DNA from: a virus
Length of the DNA stretch: 64,000 nt
IMG/VR virus record: IMGVR_UViG_3300050343_000285
Coordinates: 32,001-96,000 of that record
Reading direction: 5' to 3' (one strand)
A program made the position numbers and the translations under genes. The notes beneath the pieces are model-generated. The model ran no database searches and had not been told where the DNA came from. It saw only the letters and a list, made by a program, of their open reading frames with translations. Below, piece after piece: positions 44,087-53,520 of the stretch (its first letter is position 1; each line of letters begins with the position of its first letter).

Positions 44087-45151
44087 TTAAACCTCTCCTG
44101 GGGCTTTGTATGTGTCTACAGAATGTCCTGGGGCAGTGTATTTTTCTACTACATAATCCATACCATTCACATCATTGTCGTGTTTAATCTGTTCGCATTG
44201 TGTCATCAACTCATCCTTATGTGTAACTTGACGATCTCTATATTCTATCATAGGAGATACTGTCTCGTCTTGCAAAAAATTGTTCTTTCCAAAATGACAT
44301 AATTTAGTACATTTCCATGTTTTCTTTAAATGAGGACTCTTACTATTTTTTATTCTATTGAATTTTTCTCTAATCATATATTCGGCAACAACTGCGTTGT
44401 CATCATTATCAAAGCATATTGAGAAAGGACCACCATCATTCATAAAATTAATTGTCATAATAATATGTTTAAATTCTGGAAATAATCTATGTATAGCATA
44501 ATGATATATCCTTAACTGAGGATCTTGTTCTAACTTTTCTTGAGTTTTTTCTTCTCCAGTAGCCCAGTTTAATCTTTTACCAGTTTTCCAGTCAATAATT
44601 TCTAAGGTATCATCAGACACCTTAGTTATCAAGTCTACGGTGCCTTTAATAGATAGATGGCCTTCTAATTCACCCTCAACTGTATCATATTTATATTTAG
44701 CCCAAGGTTTATCTATAGATAGGTCGAAATGTTGTTCAGACCTAAAAACATCTCTTAATCTAGGATCAAATAATCTATTATTACCTGTTAATGTTTTCCT
44801 TACCCATTCTATACAATCTGTACGATCTTTTTGAAACCATTGATGGTTAGTAAATCTAGAGGTATAATAATCGTATACAGCATTACATAAATATAAGACA
44901 TATTTATTATCAAACATATCGCAAGTATTTAAATCTATAGCTCCTATAATTTCATCATCAATAGATACTTCCTTATCTTGTATACCTTTTTTCATAAGGG
45001 CTAATATTTCTAATACCTTATGGACAATTGTGCCCTTGTCTGCTTTTTTATTAGAGGAACCTCTTCTACCAAGAACATATTCAATAAAATATTGTTGCTC
45101 GCACATATTATGCGTACCATAAGAAGAACTTCTAAAGTATGTAATTATAAT
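44087..45151 (-). CDS. PD-(D/E)xK exonuclease, Cas4/AddB-like
   Basis: GTIVHKVLE, KGTVDLI, EIIDWKTG, QLRIY, CTKLCHFG...C; frame extends 15 codons upstream of the Met to an ATT with AGGA SD. Confidence 0.8.
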   Translation of the reverse strand: MIITYFRSSSYGTHNMCEQQYFIEYVLGRRGSSNKKADKGTIVHKVLEILALMKKGIQDKEVSIDDEIIGAIDLNTCDMFDNKYVLYLCNAVYDYYTSRFTNHQWFQKDRTDCIEWVRKTLTGNNRLFDPRLRDVFRSEQHFDLSIDKPWAKYKYDTVEGELEGHLSIKGTVDLITKVSDDTLEIIDWKTGKRLNWATGEEKTQEKLEQDPQLRIYHYAIHRLFPEFKHIIMTINFMNDGGPFSICFDNDDNAVVAEYMIREKFNRIKNSKSPHLKKTWKCTKLCHFGKNNFLQDETVSPMIEYRDRQVTHKDELMTQCEQIKHDNDVNGMDYVVEKYTAPGHSVDTYKAPGEV

Positions 45152-45777
45152 GGTATTATCCTTTGTTTCTCTAGGTAGTTTTTAATTAATTGATGTGTTT
45201 CTACAATTGGTAGCTCTTGATTATTTATGCTAAAATCAAAGTTTGACTGATCATATTTATCCACATCTAACGCTATTTCGCTTTCGTGTTCAGAATGATA
45301 TAAATTCCGGTTGAGTTTGATAACTACACCTTGAGCATTCTGAACAGCTTCAACCTCGTTAGGAAAACGACAATCCGCGACTAATGCTAGGGGGAAATTT
45401 TCTTTTTTGATTTTTCTAATAGTAGCATCTGCCCACACATTGTGCTGCATTCTCCTAAAGACGTCTGTACCGATATACTGCAATACTTCTCTAGCCGTCA
45501 TTTTAGCGTCAAGTCCCGGCCATTTACAATCCACTATTTCGTTTTTATTTGCATCTGTTCCATAACATTGCCTATCTGTTAGACCGAATATATCTATACA
45601 TAGTTTTTTTAATGGGTCTGCAAAATTATATATTTTAAAGGGGACTCGGTTTTCACTTGCATCTAAAATATACCCATTTTTTTCCCAGTATTGTTTTTCA
45701 AATTCTTTACCAATATATTCACAAGAGGTAGTTTTCCCAGATTGTTTTCTACCAGCCATAGCTATAATTTTACACAT
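45145..45777 (-). CDS. Deoxynucleoside monophosphate kinase
   Basis: AGRKQSGKTT P-loop, FADPLK, TAREVLQYIGTD, DCRFPNE. Confidence 0.85.
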   Translation of the reverse strand: MCKIIAMAGRKQSGKTTSCEYIGKEFEKQYWEKNGYILDASENRVPFKIYNFADPLKKLCIDIFGLTDRQCYGTDANKNEIVDCKWPGLDAKMTAREVLQYIGTDVFRRMQHNVWADATIRKIKKENFPLALVADCRFPNEVEAVQNAQGVVIKLNRNLYHSEHESEIALDVDKYDQSNFDFSINNQELPIVETHQLIKNYLEKQRIIPL

Positions 45778-46957
45778 GGAGTTTTCCTATTTCTGGTTTT
45801 ATAATATTTTGAATATCTTTCACTTTCATTTCCCCAATATCTGTTTCTAAGCAATCAATAGTTTTAGTATTATATGTTCTAGAGCATTTTTCAGTAATTT
45901 TTTTACCACCTTCTAGGCCCGCTTCGTCTGGATCTAATGCTATAATAATAGACATAGCACCAGAACAATCTAAAAGCATTTTCTGCCTATCGCTCATAGA
46001 TGTTCCAAAAATAGCAACAGAATTATGAATACCGGCCTGCTCTAATTTCCAAACATTACCAGGACTTTCTACTATAATAGCTACGCCACTTTCTATTATA
46101 TGTTTTTTAGCAAACCATAGATTATATAGATGGTCTTTTGATTTAAAATCTTTATTATGTTTCCATTTAGAATATTTCCAAGCGTATTTACCAGTAACAC
46201 AATCTGATTTTGGGTTATGAAAGTAACCACACTTATCACATTTATTATAGATACTTCTACCTGTACAGCCAACCATATTTGTATAATCTTGATTGTATAT
46301 TGGGACAACAACCCTATTAAACATCTCTTTTTTAGGGTTAGAACATAGTCCTACATCATATTTGTCTAATATTTTGGAACTAAATCCTCTATCTAGGTAA
46401 TATTGAGATGGTATATTAAGAGTGTTACGAATAGTCACTCTAGTAATACTAGGGGCGTGTTTAATATCAGGTGTTGATATTGTATGAATATGTCGTGAAA
46501 AATTATTCTTTTCTTTATTTATATTAGAAACATTGATGTCTTTGAAATCTTTTTTAAGAATTTTTAAGGCAAGCTCTACAGTTTTAGAAAATGGATACAT
46601 TTCATCACCTGCTTTTTGCCAATTCATTTTACTAACAGATAAAATGCCTCTCATAAAACCTATAATAGAAGGCTGAAAAATCTTTTCGCAGTGATGTGTA
46701 CGACATACCCAATTACCAACACTATAATCATAGTTTCCATCAACACCATGATATAAATTTAGGGCAGAAGGATTATCTCCACCATGAATAGGACAGCTCA
46801 TTGTGATCATTTTACCATTATGAACACAGTCTAAGTCTAATGAGTCACAAAACTCTTCTATATTACTACAAAGGTCATCGCAGATATTCTTTATTTCTGT
46901 CTGACTATATGAACGGTATGTCTTCTTTTTCATCAATTTCATTATTATTAATCTCAA
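45770..46957 (-). CDS. dnaG: DNA primase (Zn-binding + TOPRIM); true start may be ~46942
   Basis: CPIHGGDNPS...CRTHHC; IIVESPGNV; IALDPDEAG. Confidence 0.85.
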   Translation of the reverse strand: MRLIIMKLMKKKTYRSYSQTEIKNICDDLCSNIEEFCDSLDLDCVHNGKMITMSCPIHGGDNPSALNLYHGVDGNYDYSVGNWVCRTHHCEKIFQPSIIGFMRGILSVSKMNWQKAGDEMYPFSKTVELALKILKKDFKDINVSNINKEKNNFSRHIHTISTPDIKHAPSITRVTIRNTLNIPSQYYLDRGFSSKILDKYDVGLCSNPKKEMFNRVVVPIYNQDYTNMVGCTGRSIYNKCDKCGYFHNPKSDCVTGKYAWKYSKWKHNKDFKSKDHLYNLWFAKKHIIESGVAIIVESPGNVWKLEQAGIHNSVAIFGTSMSDRQKMLLDCSGAMSIIIALDPDEAGLEGGKKITEKCSRTYNTKTIDCLETDIGEMKVKDIQNIIKPEIGKLHV

Positions 46958-48368
46958 AATCTTTATCTGGGTTATTTGCTAATTCTAATTTTGTTCTGCC
47001 TTCTGTAATTTGAGCACACCAGCCCTTCATATGACAATTGATATAATCATTATCATCTAGACCAGCACCATGTCTGCTCACAACTGGTAATAATTTTCTA
47101 TTACCTCCGGTAGGACCGTCTTCTGCAATTTCTTCATCACTCTTTCTTTTAAAAATACTAAAATTACTACATAGCCAAATAATTCTATCAGAACCAGAAG
47201 CTGTATCAGTACTTTCTTTTGTTATACCATCCCTATTTAATTGAACAAAGGCCACTATAGGTATTTTATACTTAGTTGCAAAATTATGTAGTTGGGTCAT
47301 CATAAAACCTAAAACTTGATATTCTTTCATATCTTGACTAATGCCCTGACTATCCATAAGTTTCAGATAATCATAGAAAATCACACAGTCCTTAGCTGTG
47401 CCGTCATCATTAAGTCCAACCTCTTTTATTAACCACCTTCGCATAATAGAAACTTGTTCTTCGAAAGGCTTACCCGCTATAGGTTTGTAATACAGTCTGG
47501 TATTCTTTAGTTTTTCTGTAGCTTCATAGATCTTTGCTTTTAAATCACTAGAATTTCTAAAACCGCCAGTTTCTATATTAGATATATCTATTTCTGTCAT
47601 CATAGCTAAAATTCTATTTATATGGTCCTCAGTTGTCATTTCTGTATCCATATTTAAAACAGGTATACCTTGGCTAGCTAAAGCAAAACCCATATTATCA
47701 GCCAGTAGTGTCTTGCCAGTTTTTGGTCTTGCTGCTATAACATTAACAGTACTTCTACGCAAACCTCCACCTATTGCTTTGTCATATATAGGGAATCCAG
47801 TAGAAAGACCAACTTGATCAATCGGATTTTCTTCTAGATTTTTAATATAATCTTCTATGTTTTTACCTATAGCATCAGGTTCATTATTCCCATCGCCTAA
47901 TAATTGACCCAAATCCAGAACTTTACTTTCTGCTATATTAAGTATATCATTAATAGACTCTGTGCCAGATATATTTTCTACATCTGTTTGTGCCAATTTT
48001 AATTGTTCTGCTATAGTTTTTGCAACTTCAAGTTTTTTAATTTTTACAGCAAATTTTCGAAGATTGCTTTCTTCTACGGGAAACATTAGGATTGCTTTAA
48101 TGTGTAGTGCTTCTTCTTTGGAAGATATAAATTCCGAACAGCCTAATTCTTGAGCAGCGGAATATATAGAAGCTAAATCTATACTAGAAGTATTATTTTG
48201 TTCATAAATATGCTTAATGCAATTATAAATTATTTGATTACTATCTATAGTAAAGGCATTGCTAGATAGAATATCAGCGATATCTAAGTAAGCGTTTTCG
48301 CCATATCTACACAGACCAGCTAGAACAGCTCTTTCTGCGGATGGGTCTGATAATATACTGTCTTTCAT
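46905..48368 (-). CDS. dnaB: Replicative DNA helicase (DnaB family)
   Basis: AERAVLAG, AARPKTGKT Walker A, DTEM, FYDYLKL Walker B, QLNR. Confidence 0.92.
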   Translation of the reverse strand: MKDSILSDPSAERAVLAGLCRYGENAYLDIADILSSNAFTIDSNQIIYNCIKHIYEQNNTSSIDLASIYSAAQELGCSEFISSKEEALHIKAILMFPVEESNLRKFAVKIKKLEVAKTIAEQLKLAQTDVENISGTESINDILNIAESKVLDLGQLLGDGNNEPDAIGKNIEDYIKNLEENPIDQVGLSTGFPIYDKAIGGGLRRSTVNVIAARPKTGKTLLADNMGFALASQGIPVLNMDTEMTTEDHINRILAMMTEIDISNIETGGFRNSSDLKAKIYEATEKLKNTRLYYKPIAGKPFEEQVSIMRRWLIKEVGLNDDGTAKDCVIFYDYLKLMDSQGISQDMKEYQVLGFMMTQLHNFATKYKIPIVAFVQLNRDGITKESTDTASGSDRIIWLCSNFSIFKRKSDEEIAEDGPTGGNRKLLPVVSRHGAGLDDNDYINCHMKGWCAQITEGRTKLELANNPDKDFEINNNEIDEKEDIPFI

Positions 48369-48382
48369 TTGATTACCAAAGT

Positions 48383-48814
48383 TTAACCTGAGTTAGAACA
48401 ACATTTGTTACATTTATATCTATCGACATCACCATGCAATAGGCTTGAAGGAATTTCTTCTTTTTTACCACAAATTCTACAAGTGACTGAAATTTTTCTT
48501 TGCTTAGGTCTTCTTTTCATGGGTGGTTGCTGATATAATTTTTTGGAAACCTTTGAACTTTCCTTAAACATTTGACTTTCTGGCATATCCACAAACTTAT
48601 TGACTCTTGTGCTTGTAGTTTTTTTTGCAGCACTTGCGACATTTTTACGGCTAGAAGTTGCTTTTGTCGTTTTCTTTTTTACTACTCTTTTTTTGCTGCT
48701 TGGTTGTGTTTTAGGTTCTTCATCTTCTTCTTTGGGTAATAGGCTACTTAAAATACCAATTAATTGTTTAATTTGATCAGGATCTTTTAGGATATCTTCA
48801 GGATTGTTTGACAT
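48383..48814 (-). CDS. Hypothetical protein with C-terminal Zn finger
   Basis: CRICG...CNKCC; Lys-rich low-complexity middle. Confidence 0.6.
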   Translation of the reverse strand: MSNNPEDILKDPDQIKQLIGILSSLLPKEEDEEPKTQPSSKKRVVKKKTTKATSSRKNVASAAKKTTSTRVNKFVDMPESQMFKESSKVSKKLYQQPPMKRRPKQRKISVTCRICGKKEEIPSSLLHGDVDRYKCNKCCSNSG

Positions 48815-49343
48815 TGTACACCTTGTTTTTTTGAATTGATATTAGTATATCTGATAAATTTTTTAAACCATTGGATAAATACGACAACCTATCCATCCTT
48901 TGCTTTGCATATTTTTGTATTTTATAAAGAGTACTGGCCTTATCATTATTTTTAACTGCTTGATAAAATTTTTCTATATAACCATAACCTTTATAGTTAT
49001 TTAATTCATCAGCAATAACCATTTTAGTTGTGTCTTCTGCCCAATTATGTCTTGCTATTTCTCTATTTAAAGTTCTTTGAATGTGAAAAGACATCTGCCC
49101 TAATCTGTAACAAATTTGAGCACAATCTTCTGGAGTAAGTCTTTCTATTACATCTCTAGACATAGTTAAATATTGATGTATTTCATCTGATGTCTCTGTA
49201 TTGCTTTGATGGGAGGGCATTCCAACAGATTGCTCATATTCATCTAAAATCTTATCCCAATATTCTAATTCTTCTTTGCTTGTTTTATGCATTTGTAATA
49301 ATCTCCAACCACTCTGCTTCTTTATTATATGGTAGCTCAACAT
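48798..49343 (-). CDS. Hypothetical helical protein (start likely ~49292)
   Basis: Operon-coupled ORF between the endonuclease and helicase region; no motif recognised. Confidence 0.55.
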   Translation of the reverse strand: MLSYHIIKKQSGWRLLQMHKTSKEELEYWDKILDEYEQSVGMPSHQSNTETSDEIHQYLTMSRDVIERLTPEDCAQICYRLGQMSFHIQRTLNREIARHNWAEDTTKMVIADELNNYKGYGYIEKFYQAVKNNDKASTLYKIQKYAKQRMDRLSYLSNGLKNLSDILISIQKNKVYNVKQS

Positions 49344-49689
49344 AAGCTAAATTATTAATGTGACACCACTCTTGTTTTTCCCTATCTCTTTTTTGCTGTT
49401 TAAAAAAATCTAATTTAGTTCTATGATAAAATGGAGTAAATTCATAATGTTGTTCTCCATGAACTTCTATACATTTTTTAGTTAAAGGAATAAAAAAATC
49501 CATATATAATGTTTCAGATTTACGTATTCGTATAGGAATTTCTTCTAATATTTGTAATGTTGGGTATATCTCTTTTAATATTTTCCGAGCTGTTAAATGA
49601 AAAGCAGATTTATTATTTAAACTACTTTTAGCAGTCAAAGTGGATAATGATATCTTACATTCATATCCATCAAGACCAACAGTATTCAT
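49285..49689 (-). CDS. Vsr/DUF559-like endonuclease
   Basis: LYMDFFIP...CIEVHGEQHY...RDREKQEWC...YVEL. Confidence 0.65.
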   Translation of the reverse strand: MNTVGLDGYECKISLSTLTAKSSLNNKSAFHLTARKILKEIYPTLQILEEIPIRIRKSETLYMDFFIPLTKKCIEVHGEQHYEFTPFYHRTKLDFFKQQKRDREKQEWCHINNLAYVELPYNKEAEWLEIITNA

Positions 49690-50693
49690 TTTATACCCAT
49701 AGTTTCTTTAGTTGTTTCTAGTATTGTATCATATGCATCTGGATTGTCAACAAAAAACTTACGAAGTTTTTCAGTTCCTTGAAATTTTTTCTTCTCTCCG
49801 TCTATATCAAAACTATACCAAGCACCACCTTTGGCAATTATTCCGATATCAATAGCAAGCATCATGATTTCTGTAATCTTATCTATACCATCCCCGTATC
49901 TAATATATGATGTTGTAGTACCTCCGGGAGGGCTTAAGGCAGAGCAAAGAACTTGCCATTCTACCGTTTGTCCTATTTGAGTATTATCCGTTAGCGTCCA
50001 AGGTTTAAATGTTTTAGCTCTCATTTTTATATCTGTTTGATAAGCTATAGCTTGACCGCTTTTTTCTTTAAATTCAGCTCCGTAGCCAGTGGGGTTACCC
50101 ATAAGATGCGTAATACCTATAACTACATTTTTATTTACAGGAATTACATTAGCAACTTTACGGCAAAATTTTGCTAATAACTTTGCACCATCAGCCCTTT
50201 GCATTTTATCCATATCGCTAGTGATTTCTGCGGCTGTGCATATCGCAGAATATGAATCGATAATTAAAATTGATCCAGGTTCCTCATTAATAATTCTTTC
50301 AGCTATTTGAAGATATTCCTCGCCATGTAAGATTTTGCCTTCTTGAGAACCTATAATATCAAACCTATCCATATCCAAGTCTTTGATACCCTGTAGATCT
50401 CTTTTTTTTAGTCTACCTTCTATATTTAGGTAATACACATGCCTTGGTTTTTTTAAAGATCCTTGATATTCGCTTTTCTGTGCTGTTGCTGCAAAATCCA
50501 AGGAGGTCGTTGTTTTCCCACACTTAGGTTGTCCAGTTAAGACACAAAAGCTACCTTCTGGAATTCCACCACCCAGTACCATATCTAAAGCTGGACTTAG
50601 AGGGATGACAACAGATTCTCTATCCATTAAGGCGCTAGCACTTTGTATAACTTCATTGCCAAAATTTTTCTTTACATCATCTTTAAGTGTCAT
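49686..50693 (-). CDS. recA: RecA/UvsX-like recombinase
   Basis: LDMVLGGGIPEG, GQPKCGKTT Walker A, LNIEG, LIIDS Walker B, SGQAIAY. Confidence 0.88.
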   Translation of the reverse strand: MTLKDDVKKNFGNEVIQSASALMDRESVVIPLSPALDMVLGGGIPEGSFCVLTGQPKCGKTTTSLDFAATAQKSEYQGSLKKPRHVYYLNIEGRLKKRDLQGIKDLDMDRFDIIGSQEGKILHGEEYLQIAERIINEEPGSILIIDSYSAICTAAEITSDMDKMQRADGAKLLAKFCRKVANVIPVNKNVVIGITHLMGNPTGYGAEFKEKSGQAIAYQTDIKMRAKTFKPWTLTDNTQIGQTVEWQVLCSALSPPGGTTTSYIRYGDGIDKITEIMMLAIDIGIIAKGGAWYSFDIDGEKKKFQGTEKLRKFFVDNPDAYDTILETTKETMGIK

Positions 50694-50694
50694 T

Positions 50695-51123
50695 TTATTC
50701 TATCTCTCTAAGTTTAGATATTATAGATTTACTATTTGTATCTTTCTCTTTCCTAAATTCATTGTTTTGTATCTTGCGCGTTTCGCTGTAGTCTACATCC
50801 TTATGTACTTGCTGACCTAAAATATACTGCTGTTCTTCTATGATAGGTCTTAAATGCGGAGCTCGCAAAGAATAAATTTTACGAGCCCTATCATGTTTCA
50901 GAGCTTTAATAATAGCTTTTGCGTCAAAATCTTTAAGTAATTTATGTGCAGTAGCTATTTGACTTCTATAAAAATTAGACCATTCTCTGTTTGTCCAAAA
51001 TCTATAGTGTAAATCTTTTTTATCCTTAAATGCTTTATTCTCACAGATCATTTCTGTGATAAACTGAGCTGCGGACACAAACTTACCATTAGAGTACTTG
51101 GATGGAAATGTATTTTTAGACAT
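50695..51123 (-). CDS. Hypothetical protein
   Basis: 142-aa basic ORF coupled to recA. Confidence 0.6.
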   Translation of the reverse strand: MSKNTFPSKYSNGKFVSAAQFITEMICENKAFKDKKDLHYRFWTNREWSNFYRSQIATAHKLLKDFDAKAIIKALKHDRARKIYSLRAPHLRPIIEEQQYILGQQVHKDVDYSETRKIQNNEFRKEKDTNSKSIISKLREIE

Positions 51124-51134
51124 GTTGTGGTGAC

Positions 51135-51461
51135 TTATTCGTTTGGTTTATGTATATATTCTTGAGTATCTTTAACTTTAGTATGCTGTTTTTTCTTTAG
51201 CTCGTCATTTAGAGCAGAAGCCTCACCAGTCATAATGGCAACGCTCTTACTACCTTTGCTAGATGTTTTATTAATCATTAAATCTTTAGATTTACTACTC
51301 TTTTTTGTTTGTACGGGTTCTGAATTAATTCTAATGGCAGATTCCACTTTGTCAATAGGTATATTTAATTCATCTGCTATTTCTGAAGGTTTTGTGTTCT
51401 GTGAGTGTAGCCAAAGGATTGCATATTCTTGTTTTTTATTTCTTCTCATTTTTATCTCCAC
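51135..51461 (-). CDS. Hypothetical HTH protein
   Basis: PSEIADELNIPIDKVESAI helix-turn-helix-like segment. Confidence 0.5.
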   Translation of the reverse strand: MEIKMRRNKKQEYAILWLHSQNTKPSEIADELNIPIDKVESAIRINSEPVQTKKSSKSKDLMINKTSSKGSKSVAIMTGEASALNDELKKKQHTKVKDTQEYIHKPNE

Positions 51462-51793
51462 TTAAATTTTTGTTTAGGTTTTTTTATTCTAGACATACCA
51501 GTTGGCATAGGTTTCTTATCCACCTCATCTTTATATGAATTGTTTTTTTCGTATAAAGCTGATTTATGATCATCAGTCATTCTATCCCTATTTCTATTTG
51601 CTAAATCTCCTATGGTCTTTAATTCATCATCAGCCTTAATAACAGAGCCTGAAAGATTAGTAAAGTCATCTTGGTATGATCTTCTCATAGTAGCTTTGCA
51701 AGTACATTTAATAGTTTCTTTATAATTTGCAAGAGTAAAAAATAATTCTTTTTTTATTTTACACTTATCACAAATATAGGTATATGACGGCAA
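51452..51793 (-). CDS. FmdB-family zinc-ribbon protein
   Basis: MPSYTYICDKC...CTCKATMRR. Confidence 0.7.
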   Translation of the reverse strand: MPSYTYICDKCKIKKELFFTLANYKETIKCTCKATMRRSYQDDFTNLSGSVIKADDELKTIGDLANRNRDRMTDDHKSALYEKNNSYKDEVDKKPMPTGMSRIKKPKQKFKWR

Positions 51794-51794
51794 C

Positions 51795-52211
51795 TTACTT
51801 TAAACTCCTATTAATATCTTTAAGTAATACTACACTTTCGTTTTTTAAAAAGGATAGATATTTATTAAAAATATTGTGATCCACTTCCTTAAATCGCCAC
51901 TCATCTTTACACACACTATCAATAAAATTATTAAGAGCTTTGTCTTTTAAGGGGGTGTGTAGCTGTCTTGGATCAAAAGCTTCTTGATTAGGATTACATT
52001 TTATATAATAGCTATAATTCTTTTTACGGTCTGTAATATGTTTAGTTTTTTTATTACAAGTTGCTCTGGCGTAAGCCTGTTCAACATCATCAGTTATAGG
52101 ATAGCCATCGCTATCGAACTCCTTTGCCTTAGCTAATGATGTGTATAGCTTGTCCTCTTTTGTTCCTATTTTATGATGTACTATATTAAACTGTTCTTTG
52201 TCTATTTTCAT
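51795..52211 (-). CDS. Hypothetical protein
   Basis: Operon-coupled ORF. Confidence 0.55.
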   Translation of the reverse strand: MKIDKEQFNIVHHKIGTKEDKLYTSLAKAKEFDSDGYPITDDVEQAYARATCNKKTKHITDRKKNYSYYIKCNPNQEAFDPRQLHTPLKDKALNNFIDSVCKDEWRFKEVDHNIFNKYLSFLKNESVVLLKDINRSLK

Positions 52212-52779
52212 TTTTACATTCCAAAGGTAAGAAGTCCGACCATTCAGATATATATCCTATATTAGTCATTGATTGGTACCAAGGCAAGAACCTATAATTA
52301 AAAGCTGGCTTTACAGGTTTAGATAATAGTTTCATATTTGCTTGCTCAGGAGTTTTATTACCCTTTTTTCTATTGCAAATATTACATGCTGTAACTATAT
52401 TTTCCCAAGAGGTTGCGGATTTATAACTATTCCATTTAGATTTTGGTATCACATGATCATATGTTAGATTCTGGGATAAAGATTTTTTACCACAATACTG
52501 ACATGTATTATTATCTCTTAAAAATAAATTTTTTCTAGTAAATTTTACACTGTTTTTATATGCTTTAATATATGAGTTTAATTTTATTATACTAGGTATT
52601 GAATAAAGTTTAGCACATCCTACGATTTTATCATTCTGATAATACTGAACAATATCAATCGCAGGATTTTTTTGTTGAAAAGTTTTAAAATACCAGTTAA
52701 TAGCCACTCTCCAATCTATGATTGAAACTGGACTATAATCTAAATTTAAAACTAAACAAGGCTTATGCTTTATTTTCAT
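52186..52779 (-). CDS. HNH endonuclease (McrA-like)
   Basis: CLVLNLDY, RKNLFLRDNNTCQYCG...TYDHVIPKS...WENIVTACNICNRKKG. Confidence 0.9.
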   Translation of the reverse strand: MKIKHKPCLVLNLDYSPVSIIDWRVAINWYFKTFQQKNPAIDIVQYYQNDKIVGCAKLYSIPSIIKLNSYIKAYKNSVKFTRKNLFLRDNNTCQYCGKKSLSQNLTYDHVIPKSKWNSYKSATSWENIVTACNICNRKKGNKTPEQANMKLLSKPVKPAFNYRFLPWYQSMTNIGYISEWSDFLPLECKNENRQRTV

Positions 52780-53496
52780 TTTTATTAATTTTATCTATAA
52801 TATTACCTATTATAGGATTTCGTAAAATGTCACTACATTCTAGAGACATTGTACCTACACCATCAACATCGGCTAAGATTTGAGATAGGTTGTAAAAACC
52901 TCCTCTTTGTTGAAACTGTAAATCAGATTGTGCTATATCCCCAGTAAAAACCATTTTACTATTCATACCTATCCTGGTTAATAGCATTTTAAGTTGGTCA
53001 TATGAAGCATTTTGACATTCATCTGCTACAATAAAAGAATTATGAAAACTTCTTCCTCTCATTAATCCTAGAGGAACAACTTCAATTTGTCTACTTACTT
53101 TTAAGTTTTGCATAACTATGCATTTGTAAAAAATAATTAATTTCATCAAAAATAGGTAGTAAATAAGGATGTAGTTTTTCTTCTGCTGTCCCGGCAAAAA
53201 ACCTAGTTTTTCTCCGGCTTCTACTACAGGTCTAGTTATAACAATTTTTTCTACTTTAAAATCAATGAAATATTCTAAAGCCATTCCTATAGCGATATGT
53301 GTGTTTTACCACTACCAGGAACACCTTGACAAAAGGTAACAGTATTTTCTGCTACAGTTCTTATATAGTCTTTTTGATTGATACTTCTTGGCTTTAACCT
53401 ATTTTTAAAACCAACAATATTTGATTCTTCATTAGGTGTTATGCTTATTTGTAGCATCTATACTTTTTCTTCTTGTTTACTTTTTCTTTTTCTCAA
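52763..53496 (-). CDS. phoH: PhoH-like ATPase (apparent indel errors)
   Basis: GVPGSGKT, ITRPVVEAGEKLGFLPG, MRGRSF, VADECQN, LLTRIG, GDIAQSDL; extra CA after KT and a compensated frameshift after LPG; TTG start inferred. Confidence 0.85.
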
Positions 53497-53520
53497 AATG
53501 TATAACCTTTCAGGGTAAAG

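Noticed and set aside
44087-45151. Cas4 as evidence of a CRISPR-Cas locus
   Set aside because: No cas1/cas2 or repeat-spacer array; solo Cas4-like nucleases are common in phage replication modules.
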